A DNA stretch of 39,918 bases, taken from a virus. The notes beneath the pieces were generated by a model. That model searched no databases and was not told the DNA's origin. It saw nothing but the letters and a program-made list of their open reading frames with translations. The DNA is taken from the UHGV virus genome UHGV-0076060, one strand, 5' to 3'. Both the position numbers and the translations under genes were made by a program. Of this stretch, positions 36,176 to 39,918 are shown one piece after another; positions within the stretch are counted from its first letter, which is position 1, and each line of letters starts with the position of its first letter.

Positions 36176-36199
36176 AGCCGCCTTCTGGCGGCTTTTTTA
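36176..36199 (+). terminator. strong intrinsic terminator after the cI-like gene
   Basis: AGCCGCC-ttct-GGCGGCT followed by TTTTTTATT. Confidence 0.75.
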
Positions 36200-36210
36200 T
36201 TGTCTACACA

Positions 36211-36227
36211 ATTACCTTAAGGGTAAT
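36211..36227. promoter_or_regulatory. ATTACC-N5-GGTAAT operator-like palindrome (OL-like, distal)
   Basis: ATTACCttaagGGTAAT. Confidence 0.5.
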
Positions 36228-36272
36228 TTTTTTAACTCATATCTATTGACACCAAACCAAATACGCATAATT

Positions 36273-36289
36273 ATTACCTCAACGGTAAC
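36273..36289. promoter_or_regulatory. ATTACC-N5-GGTAA operator-like palindrome (OL-like, proximal), overlapping promoter
   Basis: ATTACCtcaacGGTAAC; TTGACA at 36246-36251 with -10-like ATAATT about 17 bp downstream; 62 bp from the distal copy. Confidence 0.5.
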
Positions 36290-36307
36290 AGACCGAGGTA
36301 ACAAGTT

Positions 36308-36460
36308 ATGCAGTGGAAAATCATCAACGGTTGGTACTGCGTTACTGCATGCGGATTCATGAGCTGGAAGTTCCGCACCTTACAGGAAGGCATTAAGTGG
36401 GCTTTCGTCAGCAAAGAAGCTCGCGATGTGGCCAACGATAACGAGATATGGGAGGGCTGA
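36308..36460 (+). CDS. small hypothetical protein (50 aa), first gene of the leftward-type operon
   Basis: ATG with GAGG RBS; absent from the ORF track because under 60 aa. Confidence 0.35.
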   Translation: MQWKIINGWYCVTACGFMSWKFRTLQEGIKWAFVSKEARDVANDNEIWEG

Positions 36461-36462
36461 TA

Positions 36463-36762
36463 ATGAACGTTAATCAGCAGAAAAATCTTCAAAAAATCAT
36501 GCTGGCATTCGACAAGGACTACCGCCTGTCAGAACAGCTATATGACCGACAAGTTGAACTGATCGAGAGCATCCGGCTTCATCAACTGGCCTCAACTTTT
36601 GACGCTGTAACAGGCAAAGGAGTTCGCCAGGAAGTGCTGGAGGCAGCTAAAGACAGCCCTGAGTTCGAAGAACTTATGGATGCCTACCGGCGCGAGGCAA
36701 TAGCAATTATCGCCCGCTGGGATCTGGCGGATCGGATTGATGGGCAGAGGGAAGCGGCATGA
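36463..36762 (+). CDS. hypothetical early protein (99 aa)
   Basis: ATG with GGGAGG RBS; overlaps next gene start. Confidence 0.5.
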   Translation: MNVNQQKNLQKIMLAFDKDYRLSEQLYDRQVELIESIRLHQLASTFDAVTGKGVRQEVLEAAKDSPEFEELMDAYRREAIAIIARWDLADRIDGQREAA

Positions 36763-37580
36763 AACCGGGAATTTATTTCGACATCAGCAACGAAGACTAC
36801 CACGCCGGTGACGGCGTGAGTAAGTCGCAACTGGACATGGTTGCCAAGAATCCGGCGCTTCTTAAATGGGTTCAGGCAGCACCAGAAGACGAAGAGAAAA
36901 AGTCTGCACTGGATATGGGAACCGCATTGCACTGTCTGCTTCTGGAACCTGGAGAATTCGACAAACGCTTCATCGTTTCACCGAAATTCGATCGTCGGAC
37001 AAAACAAGGTAAAGCTGACGAAGAAGCATTTCTTCGTGATGTGGCGGATATGGGTATTACGGTACTTGATGTCGAGCAGTGGCGAAAACTGGAGCTGATG
37101 CGTGATAGCACAATGGCTCACCCGGCTGCACGCTGGATGTTGGAAGCACCTGGTTACTGCGAAGCGTCAATGTACTGGAACGATGAAGAGACGGGTGAGT
37201 TGTGCCGAATTCGTCCAGACAAATGGCTGAACGAGCACAACGTGATCGTCGACGTGAAAAAGGTTGCAGATATGGACCGTTTTGCACGCCACATCGAGGA
37301 ATTCCGCTACCACGTGCAGGACGCAATGTACCGCGAAGGCGCAATGAGGGTTACTGGTCAGCCGCATGGTTTTTTCTTTCTTGCCGTGAGCGAAAGCATT
37401 GATTGTGGTCGGTATCCGGTACGCGTGTTCGAGCTGGATGCGCAGGATGTCGATGCCGGGCACGCTCTGTTCCGCCGGGATCTGAATACCTATCACGAAT
37501 GCCGCATCAATGATGAATGGGGCGGTGTGGAAATCATTAAACGCCCTGAGTGGGCACGCAAACAGGATATGTACATATGA
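36759..37580 (+). CDS. PD-(D/E)XK family exonuclease (RecE/YqaJ-like partner of RecT) (273 aa)
   Basis: Motifs IRPDKW and IVDVKK fit a PD-(D/E)XK core; translationally coupled (ATGA overlap) to the RecT-like gene. Confidence 0.6.
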   Translation: MKPGIYFDISNEDYHAGDGVSKSQLDMVAKNPALLKWVQAAPEDEEKKSALDMGTALHCLLLEPGEFDKRFIVSPKFDRRTKQGKADEEAFLRDVADMGITVLDVEQWRKLELMRDSTMAHPAARWMLEAPGYCEASMYWNDEETGELCRIRPDKWLNEHNVIVDVKKVADMDRFARHIEEFRYHVQDAMYREGAMRVTGQPHGFFFLAVSESIDCGRYPVRVFELDAQDVDAGHALFRRDLNTYHECRINDEWGGVEIIKRPEWARKQDMYI

Positions 37581-38518
37581 GCAACGACATCGCAAACATC
37601 AACGCACCAGTAGACACAGCAATCGCTGGAACTGCTGCAACTATTTTCAGCCCAGACGGCTTGAACCAACTGATGAAATTCGCCGAGGTAATGGCGCAAA
37701 GCCGCGTAACGGTACCGGCGCACCTCGCCGGGAAACCAGCTGATTGCATGGCCGTGGCAATGCAGGCTGCGCAGTGGGGAATGAACCCGTTTGCCGTGGC
37801 TCAGAAAACCCATGTTGTGAACGGCACGCTAGGTTATGAAGCCCAATTAGTAAACGCAGTTATCTCAACGATGTCGCCAACAAAAGATCGCATCAACTAC
37901 GAGTGGTTCGGGCCGTGGGAACGCGTGATCGGTAAGTTTGTTGAGAAAACATCCAAAAACGGCAATCCATATATTGCACCAGGCTGGACTCTAAAAGACG
38001 AAGAAGGCTGCGGTGTTCGCGTATGGGCAACCATGAAGGGCGAGGATCAACCTCGAGTGCTTGAGTTAATGCTATCTCAAGCACAGGTAAGAAACTCCAC
38101 ACTTTGGGCCAGTGATCCGAAACAACAACTCGCATACCTTGCGACAAAACGCTGGTCTCGCTTGCACTGTCCTGACGTAATCATGGGCGTCTACACACCA
38201 GACGAATTACAGGAAACGGCACCGCGCGTTGAGCGAGACATTACTCCGCAAACGACCACTGCTGCGGGAATGAACAGTCTGATCAACGCTAAACAAGTGA
38301 AAAAGCCTGATGAGCAAACGCGTAAAGCGGATAGCCGTGATCCAGAAGAAATGCTGATGGCCTTTACCAGCGCAGCGATGAATTACAGCACTGTCTCCGA
38401 ACTGGATAAAGCTTACAAATACATTGCACAAAAACTTTCAGATGATGACGAACTGCTGGCAAAAGCCACCGACGTTTACAGCGTTCGTCGGGAAGAATTA
38501 AACGAAACATCTATGTAA
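37577..38518 (+). CDS. RecT/Bet-family single-strand annealing protein (313 aa)
   Basis: Start MSNDIAN overlapping exonuclease stop; MKFAEVMAQS...AAQWGMNPFA resembles RecT/Bet family N-terminal regions. Confidence 0.65.
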   Translation: MSNDIANINAPVDTAIAGTAATIFSPDGLNQLMKFAEVMAQSRVTVPAHLAGKPADCMAVAMQAAQWGMNPFAVAQKTHVVNGTLGYEAQLVNAVISTMSPTKDRINYEWFGPWERVIGKFVEKTSKNGNPYIAPGWTLKDEEGCGVRVWATMKGEDQPRVLELMLSQAQVRNSTLWASDPKQQLAYLATKRWSRLHCPDVIMGVYTPDELQETAPRVERDITPQTTTAAGMNSLINAKQVKKPDEQTRKADSRDPEEMLMAFTSAAMNYSTVSELDKAYKYIAQKLSDDDELLAKATDVYSVRREELNETSM

Positions 38519-38567
38519 CCACCACCGCGGCGCCACGCGCGCCGCACTGCAACCAAGAGAGGTATTT

Positions 38568-38816
38568 ATGAAAGGTGCATTAGGTAAGAAGGAACTCCTG
38601 GCGGTGGTGCCACTGTCATGGAGCACTATCGACCGCATGGAGCGCGCAGGGGAATTTCCTAAACGCTGGTATATCACTGACAAACGCTGCGCATGGAACC
38701 GTGACGAAGTTGAGCGTTGGCTTGATGAACGTCAGGCAGCAAGCCCGGCAGAGTTCCAGGGTAAAAAGCCTCCTGTTCAGCAACGTGTATATCGTCCTGT
38801 GAGCAACGCTGCATGA
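38568..38816 (+). CDS. AlpA/Xis-like excisionase-type HTH protein (82 aa)
   Basis: LSWSTIDRMERAGEFPKRWYITDKRCAWNRDEVERWLDER matches the AlpA-family pattern. Confidence 0.65.
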   Translation: MKGALGKKELLAVVPLSWSTIDRMERAGEFPKRWYITDKRCAWNRDEVERWLDERQAASPAEFQGKKPPVQQRVYRPVSNAA

Positions 38817-38925
38817 GTGTGCTGCTAAGGCACTGGAGCAAATGGTCAGGATGGTACTTATTCCTGGCCTCTGTTTCAGCATGGCTTTATCTGCTGGCAT
38901 TAATTTTCAGAGAGGGTTGGATTAA

Positions 38926-39225
38926 GTGAGAAAGTTAAGCCGACTTGAAAAATATCACATGAACAAGGTTTCAATGCGCAGCCCTTCAAAGGTTGTTGCC
39001 GTTACTCCTGCGGCGATAGAGATCGAAAAACGCGCGATTGAAAGAGAGAAAAAAGGGCAGTTCCGCATTGCCGCCCACCTTTGGCTTCAGTGTATGGATG
39101 TTGCTTCTGGTGATGTTGAGCGTGCAAGGATCGCGGTTCGCAGGGACCAATGTATCACAAAAGGTAACGGCCTTCGCCGTGGCGACTATAGCGGCATAGG
39201 ATGTTGTGGGGTGGTTTATGACTAA
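38926..39225 (+). CDS. hypothetical protein (99 aa)
   Basis: GTG start with GAGG upstream; alternative ATG at 38959. Confidence 0.4.
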   Translation: MRKLSRLEKYHMNKVSMRSPSKVVAVTPAAIEIEKRAIEREKKGQFRIAAHLWLQCMDVASGDVERARIAVRRDQCITKGNGLRRGDYSGIGCCGVVYD

Positions 39226-39868
39226 GAAATACACACTAATCTATGCAGATCCACCCTGGGTATACCGGGACAAAGCCACAGATGGTAATCGCGGTGCCGG
39301 TTTTAAATATCCGGTTATGAGTGTGCTGGATATCTGCCGCCTTCCTGTGTGGGATTTGGCCGATGAAAACTGTCTGTTGGCCATGTGGTGGGTGCCAACA
39401 CAACCACTCGAAGCACTAAAAGTTGTTGAAGCCTGGGGATTCCGTCTGATGACCATGAAGGGCTTCACATGGATAAAATGTGGTAGTCGACAACCAGATA
39501 AACTGGTTATGGGTATGGGACACATGACTCGCGCCAATAGTGAAGATTGCCTGTTTGCAGTAAAGGGAAAACTACCTCCGCGCATTAATGCAGGGATCGT
39601 TCAGTCATTTACCGCACCGCGGCTTGAGCATTCAAGAAAACCAGATGTCGTTCGTGAAAAACTTGTGCAATTGTTAGGCGATGTTTCTCGTATTGAACTG
39701 TTCGCCCGCCAGTCGTCTCATGGCTTCGATGTTTGGGGTAATCAGTGCGAAGACCCGGCAGTGCAACTACACCCTGGATACGCATTGGATATTGCCAGAT
39801 TAACAAATGCATTCAGCAATGCTCCGCTGTCACCAACAGACAACCAGGGGCGGGAGCGTGCAGCATGA
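39206..39868 (+). CDS. MT-A70 family DNA N6-adenine methyltransferase (220 aa)
   Basis: Catalytic DPPW motif (IYADPPWVY) and overall MT-A70 pattern; no adjacent restriction endonuclease. Confidence 0.75.
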   Translation: MGWFMTKKYTLIYADPPWVYRDKATDGNRGAGFKYPVMSVLDICRLPVWDLADENCLLAMWWVPTQPLEALKVVEAWGFRLMTMKGFTWIKCGSRQPDKLVMGMGHMTRANSEDCLFAVKGKLPPRINAGIVQSFTAPRLEHSRKPDVVREKLVQLLGDVSRIELFARQSSHGFDVWGNQCEDPAVQLHPGYALDIARLTNAFSNAPLSPTDNQGRERAA

Positions 39869-39918
39869 ACCGGGCATCACCAGCAGATTTAAGGAAATGC
39901 CTTGAAACTGCAAACTTG
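39865..39918 (+). CDS. 5' end of a further gene (partial, runs off the window)
   Basis: ATG overlapping the methyltransferase stop (ATGA); only 18 codons visible. Confidence 0.25.
   Translation, partial: MNRASPADLRKCLETANL

Noticed and set aside
1-39918. CRISPR arrays, IS elements and integrase
   Set aside because: No regularly spaced direct repeats, no transposase-like ORF with terminal inverted repeats, and no tyrosine or serine recombinase ORF; the integrase is presumably beyond the right end.

Overview
The window is the left junction and most of a temperate prophage (more than 38 kb) with a podovirus-type, T7-like ordered structural module, inserted at the 3' end of guaA in an Escherichia/Salmonella-type chromosome. 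All calls are from reading the sequence and ORF track by eye; no database search or folding was run, and motif coordinates may be off by 1-2 nt. Positions 1-1860 are host DNA (yfgG/yfgH/yfgI-like genes and a bidirectional terminator); 1879-1893 carries the last five guaA codons (IEWE-stop), the likely attL core. The prophage then runs, mostly on the minus strand: lysis cassette (Rz/Rz1, GH19-like endolysin, holins), tailspike, a ~3.8 kb mixed-orientation accessory island (6650-10450), ejection and tail-tube proteins, capsid, scaffold, portal, tRNA-Arg(UCU), an AT-rich moron, terminase, a nin-like early region, replication genes (DnaT-like organizer, lambda P-like loader), a Cro-like/cI-like switch, and a plus-strand operon with exonuclease, RecT/Bet-like protein, AlpA-like excisionase and MT-A70 methyltransferase. 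No integrase, CRISPR array or IS element lies in the window. The most notable signals are a palindrome ATTACC-N5-GGTAA at about eleven intergenic sites including both sides of the immunity switch, a 12-bp palindrome GTGACATGTCAC at three module boundaries, and a LexA box in front of a small gene whose product shares a domain with a Bro-N antirepressor-like protein, paired with a cI-like repressor lacking an autocleavage domain. The accessory island is the best candidate for an undescribed system.
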